A DNA stretch of 64,000 nt from Macrostomum lignano (Eukaryota): assembly GCA_002269645.1 (NCBI GenBank), contig NIVC01003577.1:1-64000 (forward strand), in the 5' to 3' direction. The notes beneath the pieces were generated by a model. The model was given only the letters and a program-made list of their open reading frames with translations. It had not been told where the DNA came from and did not search any database. Position numbers and translations under genes: made by a program. Shown here piece by piece: positions 22,245 through 33,516 of the stretch (position 1 is its first letter; each line of letters begins with the position of its first letter).

Positions 22245-23218
22245 TGGTGGCAGCGGTGCGGGCTCGAAGCACCCGTACAACCTGCGTTCCCAAGACGGGG
22301 CGCTCGGAGAAGGCTCCGAAGACAATGCTGAAGAAGCCAGCGGAATCCAAGATTCAGCTACGCTGGAGGGCGCGAATCTGATGGAGACAATGAAGATGCT
22401 CCTGACGCACCAGAGTCAGCAGCTACAAGAAATGACTCGCGCGCAAGAAAGACAGTCAGCATTCTACCTGGAGCAACTGGCTCGTCAGCAAGCGGAGTTC
22501 ACGAAGCTCCTGGCCGAGTCTAAGCCACGACCACAAGCAGCGGAGCCCAAGCTGTTTAAGCTGACGGACTCTGATGACATCGAGGCATTCCTAATGACCT
22601 TCGAAAGGGCAGCGGCATCGTGTGGATGGCAAAAGTCAGAGTGGACGATTCGGCTGGCACCGCTACTGACGGGCGTTGCGCAGAGCGCATTCCACAGTCT
22701 GACGACAGCGGCGAGCGCGGACTACGACTTGGCAAAGGCGACCATCTTAGCGAGATACAACATCGGCGAGGAGACCTACCGACAGCGGTTTCGGTCTTTG
22801 CGGAAGGCGCCTGAAGAGACCTTCCAGGTGTTCGCGACAAAGCTGGAAGACCTGTTTGTCCGATGGATGACAGCTGGGCTAGACGAGGATCAGAGAGAGG
22901 AACTGATAAGTGGCGACTCCATCGTCAGGCAGAAAGTGCTTCTGGAGCAGTTTACGGACTCTCTGACAAGAGGACTCCAGGTGTGGATGCGAGAGAGAAA
23001 ACCGAAGGACATCAAAGAGGCTGCGAAACTGGCCGATGACTACGCAATGGCAAGAAACAGCGACAAAAGCGGCGGAACACCAGGACACCCGAGCCAAGAG
23101 ACCTCTGAGGGGGCGACGGCGTCCAATGCTATGGATAAACAAAGGACGATTCAGACCGCAAAGCCTAAAGCCTAAGATTAGCTGCTTCAACTGCGGAGGC
23201 CCCCACAAGAAGTCTAAC
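22237..23218 (+). pseudogene. gag: Gag with SCAN-like capsid domain; zinc knuckle put out of frame by a 7-bp duplication and truncated
   Basis: DDIEAFLMTFERAA..W..RLAPLLTGVAQ...YRQRFR..LLEQF..L..GLQVWMRERKPK..EAAKLADDY. AAGCCTA is duplicated at 23161-23174; CFNCGGPHKKSN is cut at ~23218. Confidence 0.9.
22245..22258 (+). promoter_or_regulatory. Primer-binding site complementary to the tRNA-Leu 3-prime end
   Basis: TGGTGGCAGCGGTG immediately after the LTR is the reverse complement of CACCGCTGCCA-CCA, the eukaryotic tRNA-Leu(AAG/UAG) end. Confidence 0.8.
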
Positions 23219-23263
23219 ACCACCAACTAGTAGTCGATTATTTTTTTAAAAATTTCCTTAAAA

Positions 23264-23859
23264 ATGGATGCTCAAAATTCTCTTTATGATCCGAACGTTC
23301 CCACAGCACCTAGTGCACCTCAATATGAGCAGCAAAAACTCTCCCCTGTTATTACTTGTAACTCTCAACAATTTCGACTGGTGGAGATTAGAAAAATGCG
23401 AGATGACATTGAAAATTTTTCGACTATAGCAATATGCTTCTAGGATCTGTGTCTGTTCTAACTGGGTCTGCTGCAGCTGTCTCAACGTTGCCAGTCATCA
23501 CAGCCCCAATCGCAATCCCACTCGGCTCTGTGGGTGCTGCATGTGGACTTATTTCAGCAATTACTGGAGCATTAGCGCGAAACAGGCGAAAAAAACTAAA
23601 GCAGCTACAGGAGAAGCAAGTAAAAGAGAAAGGGGTGCACACTTCAATCATAGGGTACATTTCAAGGGCAATCGAGGATAAGTTCATTTCAGAGGATGAG
23701 TTCAAAACCATTCAGGATCTTTATGAACAATCAATTCGAATGAACTTGAACATGGTCGGTACTGATGACATGAGTCAGCTGAGAAATGAACTCGAGAAAG
23801 TTCTTCAACATTATGCGGAAAGAAGGACAACGAGAAGTACAACGAGGAATGCACAATGA
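23264..23859 (+). pseudogene. Polinton transmembrane protein (copy 2), internal deletion/frameshift
   Basis: MDAQNSLYDP start; ORF 23434-23859 has two hydrophobic segments and ISRAIEDKFISEDEF. Confidence 0.65.
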
Positions 23860-23863
23860 GCCC

Positions 23864-24265
23864 CTATGAAACACAGCCAAGAATAATTTCCTTGTAGGTC
23901 TTTCGTGTTTTGGTCATTGCATACAAAACAGTCATGCACAGCTCACCGCAAATATCACTGCTAAGACCTTGGAGAATAAAGTCTGAGCGATAAATTTTTT
24001 TATTATTTTTCCCCTTCATATAATTTCTTAGCTCTTCTGGTACTGCCTTCCCATAGCTATCAAAGTAATAACACTTGTGCTTGCGATCAGGATCAATCAC
24101 CCAGCAAACCCAATGAGATCCTGGCTTATCGGTGGTGTCAAAGTTCATGATGCCGCATTCTTTTCTTAGAGGAAAATCAGGCAGAGTGTCCCTCATAAAT
24201 ATTCCTCTAAAGTTTGGGATTTCCAGTTCGTTAGCCAAATCTTCAAGAAAGTTATTTGTTGTCAT
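23864..24265 (-). CDS. Adenain-like cysteine protease, intact (133 aa)
   Basis: FRGIFMRDTLP...GIMNFD...GSHWVCW (His), YFDSYG (Asp), QGLSSDICG (Gln/Cys). Confidence 0.92.
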   Translation of the reverse strand: MTTNNFLEDLANELEIPNFRGIFMRDTLPDFPLRKECGIMNFDTTDKPGSHWVCWVIDPDRKHKCYYFDSYGKAVPEELRNYMKGKNNKKIYRSDFILQGLSSDICGELCMTVLYAMTKTRKTYKEIILGCVS

Positions 24266-24344
24266 TTTTTTATGTCATTTTTAATGAGGTTTATTAAACT
24301 TTCTCTTAAACCTAAACCTAATCTCCACCTCCTAAACCTAATCT

Positions 24345-27300
24345 TCAGTGCCCGAACGGTAGACTGTTGATATTGTCATCAAAAATGAATCTCTTGTTAT
24401 CTGCACCTGACAGTCCAATCTTCTTTTGCTGAATTGTGTGAATAATATGGTTTTTAGATTGTAGCTTTGAGAACTCATGTGATGTCTTTTTGTTGCAATT
24501 CAAGGCGTCTCTGTATTCAGCTTCATTAATTTCCTTCCTAACGACGCGTTTCGGAATTCCCTTTGATTTTTTAATTGGGTCTGACGACTCACATTTTAAA
24601 AAATATGACTTTGCTCTCAACCCAATGAATTCAGTGATTATGTCACCAGCAATCTCGTCCTTCATTTTCCCAATCACTTTCTTGTTAGTGGCGTCAAACA
24701 CTTGATCGCCATTCTGTGTCCTGAAAGATTCATCATACTCAGACAAGTCAAACAAATCTTTTTGCTGCAGCATGTCCTGATAAATGTCTTCTGTTTGAAT
24801 GTCCATAATAAAACTATCCGTGTCAGTGTATAAGAGTTTCATTTTATCTTTGTACTGCTGCTTCATGTCATAGAAGAACTGGTACATCAAACGTTTTGAT
24901 TCGTCGAGAACAGTGACACCTGTATAGATCGGCTTGCGCAACGTCACCTTGGTTTTGTAAAATATGATCACACCCAAGTAGCTATTAAAGATATGGAGTT
25001 CTTTGAACGTTGGCTTTGAAATATTTGCCTGAATAACAGCAGGCTCTGATGAGGTAACAAGTTTCAGGTTTGTTCTTTTCCGCTCATTCTCAAGAGTCTT
25101 GCCATAGACAGAGTTGTTGGCTAACTTAAAGAGGTTCTTGTCAAAGTCGTTGGTTGCTTTGGTCCTAAACTGGGTGTTCTTATCAATGTAGGGTTTCATC
25201 CACGCTTCCTCTGTAAATGTAAGAGCCCTGTGAACTTTGGTGACCCTGCAACCAAGTGAGATAAAATACTGAAGCAGTTTGTAATGGATTTTGTAACGTG
25301 TCTTGTTGTTTAGATTCTGTGTTAGTTTCTCTGTATGTTCTTTTTCTGTTCCTGACAGGTGCCAAGTTCCATTATTATCATTGGGAGTTTCGATTATTTT
25401 CGGGCACTTTATGTTCTCTGGGAAGGGTGGAAAATCAGAGAAATAATCGTGAAGCTCTGGTGGAATGTAAACATCAACCTCATAAATGGCAGCCAATGAA
25501 AAGTCCCACTTTAGTTCTGATGAGGGTAGCCATCGAAAATCTCTAACTGGAAGATCTTGACTCATCGCCCAACCGTAGAGATTATTAGCGTCCAAGTAAG
25601 TAATGTAGTTTGAGGGCTGCTCCTTATTGTAAGATTCAATGTAGGGATTGTTTGCTTTTGCATATCTATGGGTGCAAATTGAGATCCCCCCTCGCTTTGA
25701 CGATTCGACAAAATTGTACATGTCAATGTCTGTAAGAAGTTCAATGTACCAATCTGGATCTTGATCCCATTTCATTTTAAGCAAAGATTCCCAGCTAGTG
25801 GCAGGCAGAGACACATAATGTGCTGGATCGAGGCCATATGCTGTGTACCAGGTATATCTGAAGGTTTCAAACACATCGGCCAGCAGAAACACATCTGTGA
25901 AGAGGTAAAGCAGGTGATACTGGAAGAAGTTTTGACAATTAAAGTAATTATAGACATGCTTCGCGTGCTCATAGTCTTTGTCAGAGATTACAGAGTCTGT
26001 TAGCTTTGAAAAGAACTTTTCTTGTGGTGGTAAACCATCTTCAAATACGTGATACCCAGTAATATTTTCATAGGGGTAGAAGCCTTTCTTTCTTAAAAGT
26101 TTAAATGATTCATCACTGTTGTTAATTTTACTTGCAAAAATCTTTGTATATGTACATTGTTCATCTTTTAGATTCTTGCTTAGTTCGTCTAGACTGGCAG
26201 CTAGAAATTGATATGAATCCTTCAGTCTTATTTTACCTGTACCCGAATTATCCTGTTTAATATCAACACACTTAAACTTCTCCTTGTTCTCTGCGATGCA
26301 ATCAAGGTGTATGTCTGGAATCATGCCAATTTTTTCAACTATTAAATGCATGTCATAGTTCTTTGCGTTGTGACAAAATATCGTTAGATCATGAATGTTC
26401 GATTTTAGCTTTAGATTACAGGTGTTATGCGCTGCACCTCTAAATTTCCCAGTAAAGTGGCAGTGGTCCCTAACGGTGGGGTTTTTAAAATCAGTGCAAG
26501 TTAACTGTTTCCTGCAGATGTGGCAATGAGTTGCTGATAGGAAATTGCTTTCATCCTCCTCAGACATACTTATTGGAATAGGTGCTAATCACTCTTTGCA
26601 ACTCTAACATTCTGGCAATAAACTGCTCCACACACTGCTGTCCAAAGAAATAATTATACTCAACAAGTCCTTTTGTAATAATAAAGGCATATGCTACTGA
26701 ATTGGGGACATGTCTTTGAGTTTGAGTTTGTTTTCAAGTTTGAGTTTGTTTTTGTTTTTGAGTTTGTTTTTGTGTTTCTGGCATGATTGAGCATTCGAAA
26801 TCAGCATATACAACAAATGGGAGCTTCTCCATCTTGTGATAGTTCTTAAACCGGAGATACTTCTCTTCAGCTGAAGGAAGAGAGCAGTTGGTCGGGTGAT
26901 CCTCGCATGATAATTCATGCTCTGCTAGTTTTTCAAAGCGTTCAGGTCCACTGTAATGCTTAAGGCACAAGCGGCAGATGGCAACAGCCTCGTGATGATT
27001 ATTCAATTGCTTGTGAATGAGTCTTGAAAGATCTTTAACCCAAACATAGTGAGCCTCCTCTAGTAAATTACCAATCACTAGAAGATCCACTTCAGTCCGC
27101 CTTTTCCCCTCAGGATCTAAAACGTCTTTGCTACATCTGACCGGTTGAACTTTCTCAGTTTTTTCACTCCACTCAAAGACTGTGATTCTAATTTTGTTAT
27201 TAAACACCTCTTCCAGCTTTGGGATCTGAGAAATCGCCAAGCCTCCTTTGTCAAACCTGATTCCCTTCTTTTCGCATTCAATGAGATAGTAGTTGAAATA

Positions 27301-28191
27301 ATTTTGATAATTTGAGGTTCTTTCAGGGTGGTGAGGGACACTATCATGAAGAAGTGCAGAAAGAACTGCCCATAGAGCACAGCAATTGTCTTTATTTTTA
27401 ACATTTATGCAAGCTTTTTTGCCGGCTAGCTTGTGTGGGAGCTCTATATAAGAGGAGGCTTTAAGTGGGTCATATTTCATGACCATGACAGTCGCTCTTT
27501 GAATCCCTCCTACGACCCATCCAGAACCTCTGGATGTAAACGCTTCAATTTTCTTAGTGACATCTTGAAGGAAAGGATCCAGTGTGTCTGTAGGGGTGAA
27601 TGGCTTTGCCTTTGTTGTCATGTAATACTCGAGATGCTCAGTGGGTTTTGCAGGCATATAAAATGCAATCTTGAATGATATCTGTAGTTTAAAGCTCTTG
27701 CTTGTTTTGAGTGTGTGATCAACAACTGATTGGATGCTGTCTTTATGGTCGTAGATGTTTGCGGTGGTACCGTTGGTGTCGTTAATTGGGATTGTGTACT
27801 CGATGTAATGTTCTGTAAACTTTCTCTGTGCAAAATTAATCTCTTCAATGGCAAGCTCCGACTCTTTTAAATGGATTAATTGCTCTAATTTCTCTTGTTC
27901 CTGCTTATTTTGTGGGTACTTTGCTTTTTCACCAGTGAGAGTTTCGTATTTGTTAACTAAGTTGCGACTCCTCTCTTGGTGTTCCTTTGCAGGATTTTGT
28001 ATAGGCGCATACTGGTTGGATTCTAATTGATTGATGATTTCCAACTGTTTTTCATAGCTTCCCAGGTGACCAGGGTCGGTGTTAAACTTTTGTTTACATG
28101 CTTCTCTTAGTAAATTACTTTTGTCTTGAAATGAGACGCCTTTTGAAAAATATTTGTTGACTAAATATTTTGCTGGATTGGCTTTTGGCAT
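24345..28191 (-). pseudogene. polB: Protein-primed PolB (copy 2): 485-aa N-part and intact 740-aa C-part, separated by one in-frame TGA and an 8-nt deletion
   Basis: All exonuclease and polymerase motifs are present. The TGA lies in a QT/QK-repeat insertion at ~26735; there is a deletion relative to copy 1 at ~26580. Confidence 0.96.
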
Positions 28192-28314
28192 TTTTTCTCT
28201 AAAATAAAAAAAAAATTTGAGGGTTACTACCCTGATAGAAAAGTTGAACTGTTTCTACATCCTATAAGTAGCGCTTGGTTTATGAAGCTGGATAAAGTGG
28301 GGTTTTAAACCTCA

Positions 28315-28771
28315 TCACATGCGCATTATTGTAAACCCAGCATTGTGTAGTGTCATGATAGCTTTGACAATGTCAGACTTGCTTACAGAATTTTCATGCT
28401 CAAAATCATCACGATCGGGGCAGCCCTCAGGGCAGTCCTCTCCTGCCTTAATTGTTATACCTTTATCTCTTGCAATCTTTTGCAATTCTAGCCGGTGGGC
28501 CTATCATTCCAGCTTTAACAGCAGTTGCTACACCTCCAGCTACACCACCTGCGGCACTTACAGCGCCTGCAATGATCGGAATAAGAGCTGCTAATGGTAG
28601 GATTCCTCCTGACTTTTCATCTGTGATGCTGTGTCTTTGTTCATTACACTGAACTATTTGCTGCGTGGGATCGATTTTTACTTTGATACCTTTAATTGAT
28701 ATAAGACCTGGTTTCTTTGATTCAATGATTTTATTGAGTTTATTGATGGTTCTGGTTTCAATCTTTGTCAT
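28315..28771 (-). pseudogene. pX-like core protein (copy 2), frameshifted
   Basis: Same KSGGILPLAALIPIIAG motif; single-base deletions near 28500. Confidence 0.7.
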
Positions 28772-28787
28772 TTTTTATTTTAATATT

Positions 28788-29827
28788 TTAATTAATTTCT
28801 GTGTCAGCTGGTATCACTAGCAGTTCAGCTCTAGTGAATGACCGCGTGGGGGATTTAGGGTTAAAGGCCTGAGATAAAAAGTAATAGTCACCGGAGTCGG
28901 AGGTAAAATGTCTGTCTATTTTATGTACATCAAGGCTGAAGTATGGATCTGTAGCTCTTCTTTTAGTGTCCTTCTCTAGCTCTCCAGGTAGATATAAAAA
29001 CCGTAGAAACTCAGAGTTTGTCAGTATGTATGGTGATTCAACTCCGGTAGCTTAGGGTAGTTAGAGGTGTGTTTTGTGTTGTGTGTGTTGTGTGGGGTTG
29101 TCGTGTTGTTGTCTGTTCTATGAGTTGCCTTAAGTTCGACAGTGTCTTGTTTAATTGCATGGGACGGTTTCAATCCAGTCATGCGTGTGACTTCATTGTT
29201 CAGTTGCTCTATAACAGTGGGGAGGCGGTCTGTCCATTTTGAATAGTACTGACCACTTTTTAGTTTCAGCTCTTCAGCTGTCTGCTGCTTAGTGAATAGC
29301 CTCTTGGCTAGAGTTAGATTGAATCTTTCCACAAAAGCCTGGTCTCTGTGCAAGTTTGTTCTGCCATAGCGAATCTCTGTGTTTTTCTTTTCCATAAGGG
29401 ATTTCACTGCACCCATGAATTCCTTACCCGGGTCGGTCATAAGGGTTTGGGGGTGTGTGAGCGGAGAGTTTTTATAAATATCTTGCAGTGCGCTGGCAAC
29501 AACCTCTGACTTCTTCGTCTTGAGTGGGCGAGCTTCCTTATATCTGGAAGCAATGTCTATTACTGTGAGAGCATACTTGTAGCCCGAGTCATTGGGGAGA
29601 AACAGAAGATCTGCTTGGTGTGCCTCATTAGGTTTATAAATACTGAAATGGGGCCTTTCAAATTTTACTGGTGGGAAATAGACTTGAAAGACAGCCTGCT
29701 TAGAGAGCCATTTTTCTACTGTAGCTTTTGGTTCCTTACTCAGCTCCATGAGTTTACTAACGGCATTTTTACCTACAAAGAATCCTTTGTCGCTGTAGTA
29801 GAGTTTTTTAAGTTTCTGATCTGTCAT
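28788..29827 (-). pseudogene. Polinton DDE integrase (copy 2); catalytic core open, one 1-nt deletion before the C-terminal domain
   Basis: 268-aa ORF with HQADLLFL, MTDPGKEF and FVERFN; shifts at PKLP relative to copy 1. Confidence 0.92.
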
Positions 29828-29857
29828 TTATTTAAAAAGAAAATTTTAAATAAAATA

Positions 29858-30341
29858 ATGCAGCGCTCTGGTGGTAAAATAGATTCACATGGACTGATAG
29901 AAAAGCTTCCTCATCCAAACAAAGGCTGGACACTTCCCGGCTATAAATATTGCGGGCCTTTGAATCCACTTGAAATACAGTTAGATAAAAACAATAATCC
30001 ACATCCTGGGCATGAGCCTGTGAACGAGCTAGACTCTGTCTGCATGTGGCACGACGTTAAATATAGAGATTTTCCTGAGGAGAAGAATCGCTGGACAAAG
30101 AAATGCTCAGGAGACTCGACAATATGGGGATTTCACGCGGTGGAAGGAATCGATCGCTCGGAAGCTAGTTAAAGCTGTTATTTTTGGTAAGAAAAAGCTG
30201 GGGTTGGGAATGGACGTCGAGGGTGAGTGTTTGGGAAGAGAGGGCGAGTGCACGGGGAGAGAGGGCGAACGCAAGGGAGCCGGGTTTATTTTGTGCGCTC
30301 CTAACAATGACTTGGGAAGGCTCTTGAAAGATATGGGGTAG
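29858..30341 (+). pseudogene. Parvovirus-type PLA2 protein (copy 2), frameshifted after the catalytic domain
   Basis: MQRSGGKIDSHGLIEKLP...YKYCGPLN...MWHDVKY; 1-nt deletion at ~30093. Confidence 0.85.
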
Positions 30342-30427
30342 AGAGAGCGCGCGTGGGGGGAGAGAGATTTTCACTTTAACTGAGCCCAGCCGAGGAAGAA
30401 TTCCGTCTCGAGGGAAGGCCAGAATGC

Positions 30428-30492
30428 AAACGATTTCGGCCTCGCACGAGGCCAAAATGAAAACGATTTCGGCCTCGGGCGAGGCCAAAGTG
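30428..30492. promoter_or_regulatory. Two tandem 33-bp units, each containing the palindrome GGCCTCG-NN-CGAGGCC
   Basis: Palindromes at 30438-30453 and 30471-30486, between convergent ORFs. Function is inferred only. Confidence 0.5.
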
Positions 30493-30518
30493 AAAAGGAT
30501 TTTGGCCTTTCTGTTTTT

Positions 30519-30761
30519 TTAACGCAATTGCTTAATGATTTCTGCAAAGTTATAATAGCTATCGTAATCTTTTACGTAGGGTACTCCATACTTATGAAAC
30601 CAGTGTCTTTGGAGAGCTAGATTAATATTAGGGACATTGATATCAACGTCGGGCCAATATTTTCTCATGTACTCGCTGCATTCTAGTTTGCATTGGTACT
30701 TGGATTTGTACAATGGATGAGGCTGAGTATAATAGGAACCTGGAGAGACAACTGGAAACAT
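30519..30761 (-). CDS. Small Tyr/Trp-rich Polinton hypothetical protein, intact (80 aa)
   Basis: Open frame with A-run ATG context; N-half conserved in copy 1. Confidence 0.55.
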   Translation of the reverse strand: MFPVVSPGSYYTQPHPLYKSKYQCKLECSEYMRKYWPDVDINVPNINLALQRHWFHKYGVPYVKDYDSYYNFAEIIKQLR

Positions 30762-30989
30762 TTTTATTGAGAATTTAATTTTTTTCAAAGGGTAAGGACC
30801 CTGGGTTAGGGGATTTAAAGTTTTAGGGATGTGGTAGCATGTTGCAAATTGAATGTGGGGAGAAGAATGCAGATTATTTTCTGATTGTTTCGAATATGCT
30901 ATGGGTGGATGTCAGTGGATGATGTAGGACACTTGTTATGCTCTTATTCTGTCGTGGAGGAAGGAGGATAGGTTAGGAGGATAGGTTAG

Positions 30990-33347
30990 TGCGACAAGTG
31001 TCAGAAGACGGCTCGAGTCCCAGGCAATCACAAGGTACCACTAGTCCAAGTGCCTGGAGTGGAGGAGGCCTTCACCAAAGTTATCATCGATATCAGTGGA
31101 CCGTATACGAGGACTGCGAGTGGTCACCAGTACATCCTGTCGATTATCGATGCGGCTACTCGATTCCCCGAAGGAGTCCCGCTGCGAAAGATCGACGCTG
31201 AGTCCGTAGCGAAGGCATTGGTGGACTGCTTCGTGAGGACCGGATTCCAGAGGGAGATCCAGAGCGATAAGGGTACTAACTTTTCATCAGCACTGCTGCA
31301 GGCCCTGTACCGGTGTACCGGGGTCGAGGGCATCCAGTCGACGCCGTACCATCCGCAAAGCCAGGCGTTGGTGGAGAGGTTCCACGGCACTCTCAAGAAT
31401 ATGTTGAGGAGACTACCAGCTCGCGAGAAAAAGAAGTGGGACCAGTACCTACCGTATCTGCTGTTCGCCATTCGGGAGGTGCCCAACGAAACAACTGGCT
31501 TCTCCCCATTCGAACTTTTGTATGGACGCACTGTGCGGGGACCGCTAGATCTACTGCGGCAGACCTGGGATGAGCAGCTCTCCGAAGAGAAGAAGGACAT
31601 CATCTCGTTCGTGCTGGCCCAGAGAGACCGACTGCGGGCTGGCCAGGAAGCGGCACGGAACAGCGAAGAGCTAGCACGGAAGCGTCAGAAACTCTGGTAC
31701 GACCGGCAGTCGCGGGAACGAGAGTTGCAGCCCGGAGATCAGGTGCTGCTGCTGCTGCCATCGTCATCCAAGAAGCTTCACGCTGAATGGCGCGGTCCCT
31801 ATGAAGTACTGGAGAGGTGCAGCGATGTGAACTACCGGATTCGGATGGGCCCTGCGACAAACACGTTTCATGTCAACCTGCTTAAGAAGTACAATTCACG
31901 AGAGGCGGTTTTGATGCAGCTTCCAGCGGCAGCTACGAGTGCTCCTGAGTTGTCCGAACATCTGACACCGGCCGAGAGAGATCGTCTCCTGCAGCTGGTG
32001 CAGGACTTCGCGGGCGTCTTCAGCGAGATCCCGGGCAGGACTGACCTAGTGGAGCACCGTATCCGGACGACATCTGACCGCGTAGTGCGCATCCGGCCGC
32101 GACGGGAGCCGCAGGCGCATCGGCAGGTGCTCCAAGAGGAGATTCAACGCATGCTGGACCTCGGGGTGATCGAACCATCTGACAGTGACTACTGCTCCCC
32201 GGTCTGTCTGGTGGCCAAGAAGGACGGCTCAGTCCGGTTCACTGTCAACTTCAAGGCGCTGAATGAGCTGGTGGCCTTCGACTCCTATCCGATGAAGAAC
32301 ATCGAGGACCTACTGGAGCGGGTCGCCAAGGCCAAGTTCATATCTAAGCTAGACTGCTGCAAGGGCTACTGGCAAATTCCACTGTACGAGGATTCAAAGC
32401 GATTGACGGCTTTCGCGGCCTGCGGCAAGCTGTATCACTTTACTGTGATGCCCATGGGCTTAAACTGCAGCAGCGCGACGTACCAGAGGCTCATGGACAA
32501 GCTGTTCCAAGGGCTGGACAACGCGGAATCCTACATCGATGACATCGCCGTGTTTAGCGCGACATTCGAGCAGCACGTCAAGGACCTGAGGGAAGTATTT
32601 GGTCGCCTTAAGGCTGCCGGTCTAACGGTGCAACCCCGAAAGTGCTACCTGGGCGGCAACTCTGCTGACTACCTGGGTTTCAAGCTCGGCGGAGGCGAGA
32701 TCGGTACAAGCGAGGACCGAGTGCGGACAATCACGGCGCTGGCTCAGCCCCGGACCAAGGCTCAGCTGCGATCTGTGCTCGGAGTGCTCAACCACTACCG
32801 TCGGTTCGTGCCCGATTACTCAGAAAAGGTGGCGGCCCTGACGGACCTCACGAAGAAGTCGGCACCCGATGACCTGACGGCGGCCTGGGGAGAGCAGCAG
32901 ACGCGAGCCTTCGAGACTGTGAAATCTCTGCTGGCGAGCGAGCCGGTGCTGCGCGCGCCGGACTACAGTCGGCAGTTCACCTTGGAGACTGACAGCTCGG
33001 AGACTGGGATCGGCGCGGTGCTAACGCAAGAGTTCGAGGACGGCATCCATCCCGTGCTATTCGTATCTCGGCGGTTGACTTCGGCGGAGCGGAGCTACGC
33101 GACGATCGAGAAGGAGTGCCTCGCCGTGCGCTGGGCGGTCGAGAAGCTGCGGCACTACCTGCTAGGCCGCCGGTTCGTCATCAAGTCCGACCATAAGCCG
33201 CTGCAGTACCTGCAGATGGACCACGCCAACCCACGACTCCAGCGGTGGGCCTTCTATCTGTCCGGCTATGACTACGAGATCCAGTACCAGCCAGGCGAAA
33301 GCAACACGGTGGCCGATGGTCTCAGCAGGATCTGGGCTAGTGACTGA
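30990..33347 (+). pseudogene. pol: Pol, 5-prime truncated: integrase (from the CDKC half of the Zn finger) - RT - RNase H, uninterrupted frame
   Basis: INT: IIDISGP, SDKGTNF, PYHPQSQALVERFHGTL, GPY motif. RT: SPVCLVAKKDGSVRF, KLDCCKGYWQIPL, YIDD. RH: DSSETGIGAVL, EKECLAV, SDHKPL, NTVADGLSR. Confidence 0.96.
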
Positions 33348-33516
33348 CTAAGTGATTTAGTGACTGACCAAGTGATTTAGAGACTGACTGAGCGATTTAA
33401 CTTTTATTAAAGTCGTTAGTGGCCAAGTTTGCATTGTTTTTTTTGTAAGACATATCCGAACTTTGCGTGACCCTGCGATTGATTTTTGGCTTGCGATTTT
33501 TCCGGCTTCGATCTTT

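Larger units (their letters stand above)
23219..30995. mobile_element. Polinton copy 2 (fragment from the TM gene to the subterminal region), nested in the LTR element, same orientation as copy 1
   Basis: Collinear with 4870-12480 of copy 1: TM, protease, pPolB, pX, integrase, PLA2, small ORF, conserved non-coding tail. Confidence 0.95.

Noticed and set aside
23161-23218. Programmed gag-pol frameshift at the gag stop
   Set aside because: Removing one copy of the duplicated AAGCCTA restores AKPKISCFNC in frame, so this is a mutation. No slippery site is needed.
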